64,000 bases of DNA, taken from the NCBI GenBank assembly GCA_964016885.1, contig OZ024740.1:342860001-342924000 (forward strand), given 5' to 3'. Below, in pieces: positions 1-12,694 of the stretch. Origin of the DNA: Eledone cirrhosa. Lineage: Eukaryota. The translations under genes were made by a program, and so were the position numbers. Numbering within the stretch: position 1 is the stretch's first letter; each line of letters begins with the position of its first letter. The notes beneath the pieces are model-generated. The model made no database searches. It was not told the DNA's origin and saw nothing but the letters and a program-made list of their open reading frames with translations.

Positions 1-2841
1 CTTTGCCGTTCACGTATGTTACTATTACACATCCAGCGGAGCATGCAAGCTTCGTTCCTCTCTAGTCTGCGTATATCCTCTGCACACAATACCCAGGTCT
101 CACTGCCATGCAACATTGCTGTTCGTATGCAGGCATCATACAACCTGCCTTTCATTTTTAGGGAGAACCCTTTAGTGGCTAATAGTGGTATAAGCTCTCT
201 GAACTTTTTCCATCCAGTTCTGACTCTAGCTACTGTACTTTCAGAGCACCCTCCCCCACTGCTGATTTTGTCACCCAGGTAACGGAAGCTGTCCACTATT
301 TCTATAGAACCCTCTGCGCAATTGAAAGAGCTAGTATTTTGTGGGCACTTGCTGCTACTTATTGCACCAGAGCACCGGCCACATGTAAAATCTATGTTCT
401 TAGTTAGCTTACCTGTGATCCCGCTACATCTTTCATGCACCCATACTTTGCATTTGGGACATAAAATGGAGTTTCTACCTACGCCTTTCCTACACACTGA
501 GCATGGCCATTTCCTGGAAGGGACCGTCACCTTATTTTCTTTCCTACAAACTAGAACTTTAGTCTTAGCCAGGTTAATTTTAAGCCCTTTTGATTCTAGG
601 CCATGCTTCCATGTTTGGAATTTCTTCTCTAGCTCGGCCATTGATTCAGCTATGAGCGTTAGATCATCTGCGTATAGGAGTTCCCATGGGCAGCCGGTCT
701 TGAACTCCACTGTTATAGCCTGAAGGGCAATAATAAATAGTAGGGGGCTAAGAACAGAGCCTGATGTACACCAACTTTTACACTAAACTCTTCACTATAT
801 TCGTTGTTAATTCTAACCTTGCTGACTGTTTCTTTATACATGGCTTGTATAGCTCTCACAAGCCATTCGTCAACACCTAGTTTTCTTAGAGCCCACAAGA
901 TAATGGAACGGAGGACTCTGTCGAAGGCTTTCTCCAAGTCAACAAAAGTTAAGTATAGGGGTTTACTTTTAGCTAGGTACTTCTCCTGTAGCTGTCGTAC
1001 AATGAAAAGAGCGTCTGTGGTACTTTTGCCTGACACAAAACCGAACTGCATTTCATCTAGATCAATTCTCTCTCTGATTAGTTGCGCTATAACTTTTTCC
1101 ATGACCTTCATGACCTGGTCAATTAATTTAATACCTCTATAGTTACTCCTATCTAGGGCATCTCCTTTACCCTTGTAACAGTTAATGATGATGCTGCTAC
1201 GCCAGTCCTTCGGAACAACCCCTTTCTGTATGACTTGGTTTACTATCCGGGTGACCATGGTGTGTCCCACCGTTCCAGAGGCTTTCAGCATCTCAGCAAC
1301 TATTTCCGAAGGCCAAGCCGCCTTACCCATCTTCATATCTTTAATTGCCTTACTTATTATACTACCTTTGACTAACACTGCCGGTCCCTCTATTGGGTCG
1401 ATGTGGGGGAGACCGTCTTTCTCCCATTTATTCTCCTCTTTTAGAAGCCTTTCATAGTGACACTTCCAAGCTACCTTCTTATCAGCGTCAGTGATGGCAA
1501 GTACACCATCATCATTAAGTGCACACACTTCTCCGACAATATCACGGTTTTCCTTGACACATTGCCTAGCAATCCTGAACACCTCACGTTTTTGGTCCTC
1601 ACGTTGTAGAACATGCTTGAACTTTCTTTCCTCGGCTTCTCTTCTTGCGAAGTACACTTCTCTCCTAGCTTCCCTCCTGGCCACTTGATCGTCTTCTCTA
1701 CTTCCCCCATCCTGCCATACTTTCCAAGCCTGCTTTTTGGCCTTAATTGACTCCTCCACCTTACTGTTCCACCACCATGTTACCCTCCTCCTACCTACAG
1801 GCCTGCTCCAGCCACAGACTTCGTCTGCCGCCGTCAGCAGGTTTGCTTTTAGGAATTCCCACTGTTCCTCTATATTATCTGACTCTAATTGCTCTTCCTT
1901 ACTGTCGAAAGCATCAAGTAACATGCTTTGAAATTTATTTCTGGCTGTGGGGTCCTTTAGCTTCCATATTTTTCTCCTGAGGATAGTCCTCTTCTGTTGT
2001 CTAGTACGTCTCGTCCTGACTATGAGGTCGCTAATTAGCAGTCTATGTTGGGAGGTGCATTCTTCATGGGGGGAGGGATTTAGTGTTTACAACAGACACT
2101 CTGTCACGTCTTCTGGTAAGGATATAATCTACCTGGCTGGTATGTTCCCCCGATCTGTAGGTGATCAAGTGATTGTCTCGTTTTTTGAAGTTAGTGTTAC
2201 AGATAGTTAGGTTATTTGCATCACAGAATTCCAGGATTCTGGAGCCTTCCTCATTTCTAGTACCAAACCCATAGCCTCCGTGGATTCCGTCATAGCCGTC
2301 ACAATGTTGACCAACGTGGCCATTTAGGTCGCCAGCAATAATTATATAGTCACTGTCGGTTATTTGGGAGGTAGTGAGCATCAGTGTCTCATAGAATCTG
2401 TCTTTTATAGCGCCAGGCAGTCCGGATTGGGGCGCGTATGCCGATATTACTGTCACAGTAGTTCTATTGAGGACAAGTCTTATTTTAATTATTCTGTCAT
2501 TTACTCTATTTACATATATTATCTTATCCACCCATTTTTCTGCTAACATGATTCCTACCCCACCTATCCCATTGTCATTTCCCACCCAGAAGAGCTTATT
2601 AGCAACGTTTTTTACCCACAATGAATCTAGCAGACCCGCCCCTCCACCTGGTCTCTAGAATACAGCAAACATCAACCTCCTTACATTCAAGCATTTCTAC
2701 AACCTCGTTAGAGCGGCCTTTTAAGGTGCCTACATTTATGGTACCAACTCTGAAGTTTTGGATTGTGTGTGGAGGATGGGGCGCAGGGATGGTTGAGGAG
2801 GATTGGGTTGGGGTTATGTTGGCCATCCGCGGCCGAAACAA
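1..2841 (-). pseudogene. Frameshifted RTE ORF (APE endonuclease - RT with internal PHD finger)
   Basis: ORF pieces 2599-2841, 2064-2621 and 713-1924 in different frames; frameshift in GVHQGSVLSP near 740; the reading continues to the window edge through a C4HC3 motif (CSVC...CPKC...H..C...CGRC). Confidence 0.9.
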
Positions 2842-3062
2842 ATAGGAGGGGGACTTGCCCTTTCGTCCGGCAGCATGGGTGAATTTGTCGTTATCTTTGG
2901 CATTGTGATCGAGTGTCCAGATACTTCAGACTCTCCAGAAATTCCTTAGTCCATCCATCATATCGAAAAGCAGCTGGAAGTGATAGCATAGGCTGTTGAC
3001 TTGTGATTGGTCCAAATAATAAGGTGGAGAGTGGGAGCGGGAGGGAGGGGTATGGGGTAGTT

Positions 3063-3827
3063 AGCAAAGTGGGGTAGTTAAAAATATAGTTAAAAATACA
3101 AGAAGATTATTTAGAAACAACCAGACAGAATTATAGAATAGAATAAATATGAATGAATGAACCGATAGGCTGGAGAGAGATAAGAAAAATGGCATTTACA
3201 TTATACTTCGCAGGAACGAGGTCTCACCATTTTTGAGCGTTGACAAATTCTGGGGTTCTTACCTCGCTACAGGTTTATTTATATTTGGAGAGAGAAGGGA
3301 GTGATTGAAGGGGTGAGCTAGCCAGCGCGTAACACGCTATAGTGGGGACGGGGGGTAAAGGATAAGAGGCCATTTTATCAACCCTAGCAAAGTGGGGTAG
3401 TTAAAAATACAAGAAGATTATTTAGAAACAACCAGACAGAATTATAGAATAGAATAAATATGAATGAATGAACCGATAGGCTGGAGAGAGATAAGAAAAA
3501 TGGCATTTACATTATACTTCGCAGGAACGAGGTCTCACCGTTTTTGAGCGTTGACAAATTCTGGGATTCTTACCTCGCTACAGGTTTATTTATATTTGGA
3601 GAGAGAAGGGAGTAATTGAAGGGGTGAGCTAGCCAGCGCGTTACACGCTATAGTGGGGACGGGGTTAATGGATAAGAGGCCATTTTATCAACCCTAGCAA
3701 AGTGGGGTAGTTAAAAATATAGTCAAAAATACAAGAAGATTATTTAGAAACAACCAGACAGAATTATAGAATAAATATGAATGAATGAACCGATAGGCTG
3801 GAGAGAGATAAGAAAAATGGCATTTAC
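3063..3827. repeat. Tandem ~310-323 bp monomers (2.4 copies) at the 5' end of the RTE LINE
   Basis: AGCAAAGTGGGGTAGTTAAAAATA starts at 3063, 3386 and 3696 with near-identical downstream sequence; the third copy stops at 3827 against (TA)n. Confidence 0.95.
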
Positions 3828-3935
3828 CTATATATTATATATATATATATATTATATATATATATTATATATATAAAATGTTAAAAAAATAATGAATAAA
3901 ACAATGAAACAGTTCCTTATATTAAACAAAAAAAG

Positions 3936-4088
3936 TTCATTATTTAACGATCGTTTCTAGGACATATATGTGTTAGAATTGGTATGCATATTCAACAGAT
4001 CTATGTACAAAATTATACAAAATTATACAAATTATTAAATATAATATACATACCAACACATACATATGCCGTCTTCAGAAATAATGAA
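3936..4088 (-). ncRNA. Type I hammerhead ribozyme-like motif (PLE terminal repeat, extended stem II)
   Basis: Reverse complement of 12542-12694: UUCAUUAUUU-CUGAAGA-long hairpin-GAAAC-GAUC-GUU-AAAUAAUGAA. Confidence 0.75.
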
Positions 4089-4329
4089 ATATATTTATTG
4101 ATAATAACAACAATTCAAAATTACAGGTCTGTTTGGGAACAGAGTTCAAATTGACCAATGAAATACACAAAATATATCAATAAAATACAGTTAGGTGTGT
4201 GTATATATGTAAGTAACTTCGTTCACAGATATGCATAAAAATATATGTTCACATGCATACGCATGTCGAAAAAATGTATGTAAATACAAAAAATTCTGGG
4301 CTAATGTCTCTGTATGTTTATAATCTATA

Positions 4330-4748
4330 GATAAAATACACATACGCATATAAACATATATAGATTCATATATACACACATATATATACACGCACATTCA
4401 CACACACACGCGCATATACACATAAACATACACATACCCATGAACATACACACACACACTCACACACACACACACACACATATATGTATATATTATTATT
4501 ATAACTATATGGATATTTAGGCACACACATAAACACTGCTACATATATTTTTACATCCAAATGCAGAAGTGGGTAAGGGGTTCAGTAATAACTAAGGATG
4601 TCAGGGAGCTGCCTATTTAAAAATGCATCTACAAATTTAGAAATAAAAAGAAATATATCAAAAAAAATATATATATATATAAACAAGTAAAATATACTCA
4701 TACATAAAATACATACCGATATACATATACATATAAATACACATACAC

Positions 4749-4797
<49 letters not shown>

Positions 4798-5293
4798 CAC
4801 ATACACATATACACGTACACATACTCATACATAAATATACATACACATACATATATAAATACATAGACACACATACAAACACACATATATATAAAAAAAT
4901 ATATATACATATATTCACAACTCACATACATATATACACATATATGTACACACACATACACACACACACATATATATATACACACATATATACATAGAGA
5001 CACATATATATACACACATATATACACACACACACATATATATATATATATACATACACACATACATACACATATATATATATACACACAACACACACAC
5101 ATACATATACGTATATATACACACACATACACATATCCATGTATGTATATACACATACAATCACACGCTCACACAACTCAGACAATTATGCACACATATA
5201 TATATATACACATACACACATCCCTACAAATATATATACACATATACGCACGCACGCATACATATATACATACACACATACTTATACATAGAC

Positions 5294-5326
<33 letters not shown>

Positions 5327-5341
5327 CATATATATACATAC

Positions 5342-5404
<63 letters not shown>

Positions 5405-5520
5405 CAATCATAGACACTTATTTACATGCGCACATATGTATTTTTATACTCACATATAAACACCCAAACATACATACCTACTTACATACACATACATTCA
5501 TCCACGCTTACAAATATAAA
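4330..5520. repeat. Compound (TA)n/(CA)n/(TACA)n microsatellite inside the PLE 3' region (mirrored at ~10470-11270 and 11845-12300)
   Basis: Seen directly; source of the many spurious YI/CV/HT-rich ORFs. Confidence 0.95.
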
Positions 5521-6048
5521 TAATTATAGGGGGGGGGGGATTAAAATTATTAGTGGGAAAAAGTAAATATAGGTTTCAAGGAATATAGAATATTAATCTG
5601 CATTTAGATCATAATATATGTTTACATAGTAGTTTCAGTATTAGGAAATGTAAGAAAGAAGGCAAAATTATGCATTTTAATATAAGTAGACTATTAATTA
5701 AAGGTTAACTAAATTAAAATTAGTTAATATATTGATTTCTAAGGTGTATACTACTTAGGTTTATAATATTTGAAGCGGAATTTTGAAGTTAAATAGTAGT
5801 AGAATATTAATTATATCATAACTAAATTAAAATATTAACATTATGGTATCAATATTAGGAAATGAATTTAGTAATAGGGAAAACCAAATCAAGTATTTCA
5901 TCGGTAGTAGAATATAAATTATAGGTTAACTAAATTAAAGAATTATATATTAATTTCTATAGTATATGTTAATTAGGTTTATAATAATTAAAGCAGATTT
6001 TGTATTTTATCTATAGTAGAATATAATTATAGGTTAACAAAAATTAAA

Positions 6049-6126
<78 letters not shown>

Positions 6127-6598
6127 TTTTAATTGTAAAGAATATATTAATTAGGTATATATTTAAAAATTTATCTTAGTTTATGATTACATGATATTCT
6201 GCAATCCATCTGTATTGGAATTTTAATTTTCAGCTAATTAAATTAAAATTATAGGTAAACTAAATTAAAATTAATTTATAAATAACTTTCTAAATTGTAT
6301 ATTAATTAGGTTTATAATATTAAAAAATATTTCTCTGTTATTGATTACACGATGTTTTGTTATATTTCATCTATAAAGGAATTTTAATAAAAGGTTAAAT
6401 AAACTAAAATTAATCTATAAATTAATTTACAAAGTATATATTAATTATGTTAATAATATTTAAAAGTTTTTCACTATTTATGATTACACAAAATTTTTTA
6501 TCTCATCTGTATTAGAAATTTAATTAAATTAAATTTATAGGTTATCTACATTTAAATTAAATTATATATTAATTTCTAAATTTCTAAAAAATATATTA

Positions 6599-8466
6599 TT
6601 ATTTAGGTTTATAATATTTAAATATTTTTCTCAGTTTATGATTACACGATATAATTAATTCCTGTCGCTTATTTAATAGGATATCTTTAGATTTCATTAT
6701 TTCAAATAGTTCTTGGGAACATAATCTACATTCATTTCTATTATTTTGATAAGGGGTGGCTCTTTTGAGCACACTCCAGGTCATATCATATTCTATATTC
6801 TTATTTCTATAACTATTAATTTTTTCTGCTAGAGATGTTGTATTAGCCAGTGCGGCGTTTTTGAAACTATGTTTGTGGGTATTAAACCTTACCTTAAAAT
6901 TGTTAGAAGTAGCTCCTATATATGAGTAAATAGAGTCTTTAGTTTTAACCTTACATTTATAAACTATGTTGTTAACAAGACAATTTCCTTTTAATGGGCA
7001 GTTTGCTTTGTTTCTACAGTTACAACCTTTCGTTAATTCTGTATTTGAGGAGATATTATGGTTAGTTTGATGTATTGGTGGTATACTTATGTTTTTTTTA
7101 CATTTATATGCATTATAGGCACTTATATTTTGTTTTATGTTTTTGGTTGTTGAGTATGAGAATTTAACTGTTGACCTATTTAAGATTTGATGATATTTGT
7201 GGTTTGGCGGGAAGTTTTTCTCTAGGATATAAAAAATTTTTTTAGCAATATTATCCTTAATTTGTAAATTAAATGGAGCATTATACCAAGTAACTCGTCT
7301 ATTCCGGTTTCTATGTTGTTTATTATTTTTATAGGTTGTATCGTGATGTTTACTAGGAGGATTAATGTTAATGACATCACCACGCACATTTTTAGTTAGA
7401 TTTATTGATTTAGGTGTTTTATCATGTTTATTAGGAGTATTATTGTTAACATTTATTAGAGTTGTATGATGAGTAGTTTATTGAGAGTTACTATAGTTTA
7501 TATTAGAGGAGTTGTTGGTATTTTGGGGTATAGTGTGGGTGGCATTTAGGTGTGTACTTTTCATTTGGTGTTTGTTGGTAATATTAGGTTGTATGTTTAT
7601 AGTATTTTTAGTAGAAGGTATATATTCTAATCTATTTTTGTGGCCACTTCTATCTAGAGCTTCGTTATAGAAGGTCGCATTTTTATCAAATACATCTTGG
7701 TTAGATGAAAGGTTAGACATTCTAAGTGATATATTATATGCAAGGTTTTTAAGGATAGATTTAGGGTGATTAGATTGTGAATGTATGTAGTGTAAGTTTT
7801 GGTTGGGTTTATGGTAAGGTTGGTAGATACCCGTAGCTAAGTCTAAAGTTATATCTAGGAAATTAACTACTTTACTTGTGTTTTCAAAAGTAATATGAAG
7901 ACTATAATAGTCTTTAAGGAAAGTTCTAATAAGCTTTTTGTTTTTTTCTATTTCTGAGAGGCTAAGGTTGTTGGAAAGAAGAAGACAGTCATCACGATAT
8001 AAACCACCTTTAAGGTGGGGAAAGGAAGCATTTATGTTGAAAAGAAAAAAGAGGCCCACAAGATCAGTAATTTGGGCAGAATCGCTTGAACCCATAGTAA
8101 TATCAAATAGATTACTATATGTGTTTCTGGTCCAATATTCATTCTGAAATTCAATAAGTGTTAGTCTAGCATGTGTAATAATATTAATGCCATCCAAAGT
8201 TAAGTTAGATCTATTTTTAGCAAATATCAAAGCTTTGTTCAGGAGTATAGGTGAAATAGAAGAATAGTAATTATCAATATCAAATTGTAGAAATGAAGCA
8301 GAAGATTTACATCTAATATTTTTAAACCAGTTAATTACCTGGGAAGTGTTTTCCCAGAGTGGTAAATTAACATGTTTTCTTATTTGTGGGATGACTCTAT
8401 CCAAAATTTTTTTGCTAATTATTCCAATATCAGATTTGGAGGGACATATAAGTCTTATAGAAGGAT
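6599..8466 (-). pseudogene. PLE polyprotein, 5'-truncated: RT + Asn-rich linker + GIY-YIG endonuclease, one in-frame TAA
   Basis: RT motifs RLICPSKSDIG, FLQFDI, FDITMGS, GLYRDD, NFLDITL. ORFs 7478-8404 and 6599-7387 are in one frame split by TAA at 7478-7480. Endonuclease part: WYNAPF, CNCR..CPL..C, IVY...YIG, FKVRFNTH, CRLC..E, LLNKR. Confidence 0.9.
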
Positions 8467-8475
8467 TAATACCAA

Positions 8476-9403
8476 CAAAATACCAACAACTCCTCTAATA
8501 TAAACTATAGTAACTCTCAAAAAACTACTCATCATACAACTCTAATAAATGTTAACAATAATACTCCTAATAAACATGATAAAACACCTAAATCAATAAA
8601 TCTAACTAAAAATGTGCGTGGTGATGTCATTAACATTAATCCTCCTAGTAAACATCACGATACAACCTATAAAAATAATAAACAACATAGAAACCGGAAT
8701 AGACGAGTTACTTGGTATAATGCTCCATTTAATTTACAAATTAAGGATAATATTGCTAAAAAAAATTTTTATATCCTAGAGAAAAACTTCCCGCCAAACC
8801 ACAAATATCATCAAATCTTAAATAGGTCAACAGTTAAATTCTCATACTCAACAACCAAAAACATAAAACAAAATATAAGTGCCTATAATGCATATAAATG
8901 TAAAAAAAACCATAAGTATACCACCAATACATCAAACTAACCATAATATCTCCTCAAATACAGAATTAACGAAAGGTTGTAACTGTAGAAACAAAGCAAA
9001 CTGCCCATTAAAAGGAAATTGTCTTGTTAACAACATAGTTTATAAATGTAAGGTTAAAACTAAAGACTCTATTTGCTCATATATAGGAGCTACTTCTAAC
9101 AATTTTAAGGTAAGGTTTAATACCCACAAACATAGTTTCAAAAACGCCGCACTGGCTAATACAACATCTCTAGCAGAAAAAATTAATAGTTATAGAAATA
9201 AGAATATAGAATATGATATGACCTGGAGTGTGCTCAAAAGAGCCACCCCTTATCAAAATAATAGAAATGAATGTAGATTATGTTCCCAAGAACTATTTGA
9301 AATAATGAAATCTAAAGATATCCTATTAAATAAGCGACAGGAATTAATTATATCGTGTAATCATAAACTGAGAAAAACATTTAAATATTATAAACCTAAA
9401 TAA
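8476..9403 (+). pseudogene. Inverted second copy of the PLE linker + GIY-YIG domain, frameshifted
   Basis: ORFs 8614-8940 and 8879-9403 are nearly identical to 6599-7387; one extra C at ~8911 shifts the frame; AAA at 8521-8523 where the left arm has TAA. Confidence 0.92.
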
Positions 9404-9875
9404 TAATATATATTTTAGAAATTTAGAAATTAATATATAATTTAATTTAAATGTAGATAACCTATAAATTTAATTTAATTAAATTTCTAATACAGATGAG
9501 ATAAAAAATTTTGTGTAATCATAAATAGTGAAAAACTTTTAAATATTATTAACATAATTAATATATACTTTGTAAATTAATTTATAGATTAATTTTAGTT
9601 TATTTAACCTTTTATTAAAATTCCTTTATAGATGAAATATAACAAAACATCGTGTAATCAATAACAGAGAAATATTTTTTAATATTATAAACCTAATTAA
9701 TATACAATTTAGAAAGTTATTTATAAATTAATTTTAATTTAGTTTACCTATAATTTTAATTTAATTAGCTGAAAATTAAAATTCCAATACAGATGGATTG
9801 CAGAATATCATGTAATCATAAACTGAGATAAATTTTTAAATATATACCTAATTAATATATTCTTTACAATTAAAA

Positions 9876-9937
<62 letters not shown>

Positions 9938-10585
9938 TTTAATTTTTGTTAACCTATAATTATATTCTACTATAGATAAAATACAAAATCTGCTTTAATT
10001 ATTATAAACCTAATTAACATATACTATAGAAATTAATATATAATTCTTTAATTTAGTTAACCTATAATTTATATTCTACTACCGATGAAATACTTGATTT
10101 GGTTTTCCCTATTACTAAATTCATTTCCTAATATTGATACCATAATGTTAATATTTTAATTTAGTTATGATATAATTAATATTCTACTACTATTTAACTT
10201 CAAAATTCCGCTTCAAATATTATAAACCTAAGTAGTATACACCTTAGAAATCAATATATTAACTAATTTTAATTTAGTTAACCTTTAATTAATAGTCTAC
10301 TTATATTAAAATGCATAATTTTGCCTTCTTTCTTACATTTCCTAATACTGAAACTACTATGTAAACATATATTATGATCTAAATGCAGATTAATATTCTA
10401 TGTTCCTTGAAACCTATATTTACTTTTTCCCACTAATAATTTGTAATCCCTTCCCCCCTCCTATAATTATTTATATTTGTAAGCGTGGATGAATGTATGT
10501 GTATGTAAGTAGGTATGTATGTTTGGGTGTTTATATGTGAGTATAAAAATACATATGTGCGCATGTAAATAAGTGTCTATGATTG

Positions 10586-10634
<49 letters not shown>

Positions 10635-10649
10635 GTATGTATATATATG

Positions 10650-10683
<34 letters not shown>

Positions 10684-11005
10684 TCTATGTATAAGTATGT
10701 GTGTATGTATATATGTATGCGTGCGTACGTATATGTGTATATATATTTGTAGGGATGTGTGTATGTGTATATATATATATATGTTTGCATAATTGTCTGA
10801 GTTGTGTGAGCGTGTGATTGTATGTGTATATACATATATGGATATGTGTATGTGTGTGTATATATACGTATATGTGTGTGTGTGTGTGTGTGTGTTGTGT
10901 GTGTGTGTGTATATATATATATGTGTATGTATGTGTGTGTATGTATATATATATATATATGTGTGTGTGTATATATGTGTGTATATATATATGTGTCTGT
11001 ATGTA

Positions 11006-11048
<43 letters not shown>

Positions 11049-11210
11049 ATGTGTGTGTACATATATGTGTATATATGTATGTGAGTTGTGAATATATGTA
11101 TATATTTTTTTATATATATGTGTGTTTGTATGTGTGTCTATGTATTTATATATGTATGTGTATGGATATTTATGTATGTATGAGTATGTGTACGTGTATA
11201 TGTGTATGTG

Positions 11211-11276
<66 letters not shown>

Positions 11277-11330
11277 TAAAAAAATAATGAATAAAACAAT
11301 GAAACAGTTCCTTATATTAAACAAAAAAAG

Positions 11331-11482
11331 TTCATTATTTAACGATCGTTTCTAGGATATATATGTGTTAGAATTGGCATGCATATTCAACAGATCTATG
11401 TACAAAATTATACAAAATTATACAAACTATCAAAATTAAATATACATACCAAACACATATATATGCCGTCTTCAGAAATAAT
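11331..11482 (-). ncRNA. Type I hammerhead-like motif (PLE copy)
   Basis: Plus strand TTCATTATTT-AACGATCGTTTC...TCTTCAG-AAATAAT is the reverse complement of the core and stems. Confidence 0.7.
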
Positions 11483-11492
11483 TATTTCTGAA

Positions 11493-11646
11493 TCATTATT
11501 TCTGAAGACGGCATATATATGTGTTTGGTATGTATATTTAATTTTGATAGTTTGTATAATTTTGTATAATTTTGTACATAGATCTGTTGAATATGCATGC
11601 CAATTCTAACACATATATATCCTAGAAACGATCGTTAAATAATGAA
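11493..11646 (+). ncRNA. Type I hammerhead-like motif (PLE copy)
   Basis: TCATTATTT-CTGAAGA (11502-11508)...GAAA (11625-11628)-CGATCG-TT-AAATAATGA. Confidence 0.75.
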
Positions 11647-11840
11647 CTTTTTTTGTTTAATATAAGGAACTGTTTCATTGTTTTATTCATTATTTTTTAA
11701 ATATTTTATCTTGACTCTGTATTCCGTTTATCTTTTACCGAAAGTGATTTTTCATTGCATCTCTTCTTTCCATGATATCCGGATTACATTGAGTTCTTCA
11801 TACGGATTGGACACTACCGTAAACTCTTGGTAGATTTATC

Positions 11841-11881
<41 letters not shown>

Positions 11882-12541
11882 GTGTATGTGTATTTATATG
11901 TATATGTATATCGGTATGTATTTTATGTATGAGTATATTTTACTTGTTTATATATATATATATTTTTTTTGATATATTTCTTTTTATTTCTAAATTTGTA
12001 GATACATTTTTAAATAGGCAGCTCCCTGACATCCTTAGTTATTACTGAACCCCTTACCCACTTCTGCATTTGGATGTAAAAATATATGTAGCAGTGTTTA
12101 TGTGTGTGCCTAAATATCCATATAGTTATAATAATAATATATACATATATGTGTGTGTGTGTGTGTGTGAGTGTGTGTGTGTATGTTCATGGGTATGTGT
12201 ATGTTTATGTGTATATGCGCGTGTGTGTGTGAATGTGCGTGTATATATATGTGTGTATATATGAATCTATATATGTTTATATGCGTATGTGTATTTTATC
12301 TATAGATTATAAACATACAGAGACATTAGCCCAGAATTTTTTGTATTTACATACATTTTTTCGACATGCGTATGCATGTGAACATATATTTTTATGCATA
12401 TCTGTGAACGAAGTTACTTACATATATACACACACCTAACTGTATTTTATTGATATATTTTGTGTATTTCATTGGTCAATTTGAACTCTGTTCCCAAACA
12501 GACCTGTAATTTTGAATTGTTGTTATTATCAATAAATATAT

Positions 12542-12694
12542 TTCATTATTTCTGAAGACGGCATATGTATGTGTTGGTATGTATATTATATTTGATAATT
12601 TGTATAATTTTGTATAATTTTGTACATAGATCTGTTGAATATGCATACCAATTCTAACACATATATGTCCTAGAAACGATCGTTAAATAATGAA
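12542..12694 (+). ncRNA. Type I hammerhead-like motif (PLE terminal repeat)
   Basis: Stem I TTCATTATTT/AAATAATGAA (10 bp); CTGAAGA 12552-12558; ~114-nt bulged stem II; GAAA 12673-12676; palindromic stem III AACGATCGTT; GUU triplet. Confidence 0.78.

Larger units (their letters stand above)
1..3827 (-). mobile_element. RTE-clade LINE with near-complete 5' portion (3' end lies outside the window), including a tandemly repeated 5' region
   Basis: Minus-strand APE endonuclease fragments (VGTINVGTL, ETRW, SAYAPQ, GDLNGHVG, QVDYIL) followed by RT (NYRGIKL, QFGF, FVDLEKAFD, GVHQ, YADD at ~663-674, FRYLG at ~275-290). Confidence 0.92.
11271..11844. mobile_element. Head-to-head inverted pair of PLE terminal-repeat segments inserted in a (TA)n tract of the right arm
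   Basis: 11271-11482 is the reverse complement of ~11495-11707; the block is absent from the equivalent (TA)n of the left arm (~4755-4792); it differs by diagnostic bases from the 12541-12891 copy. Confidence 0.85.

Noticed and set aside
16-1980. Plus-strand ORFs over the LINE (also 46829-47878 and minus-strand ORFs at 24926-27831)
   Set aside because: Antisense shadows of retrotransposon coding frames.
4191-5523. Many ORFs rich in YI/CV/HT (also 10467-12439 and 39057-40544)
   Set aside because: Translations of (TA)n/(CA)n microsatellites that lack stops; no protein signal.
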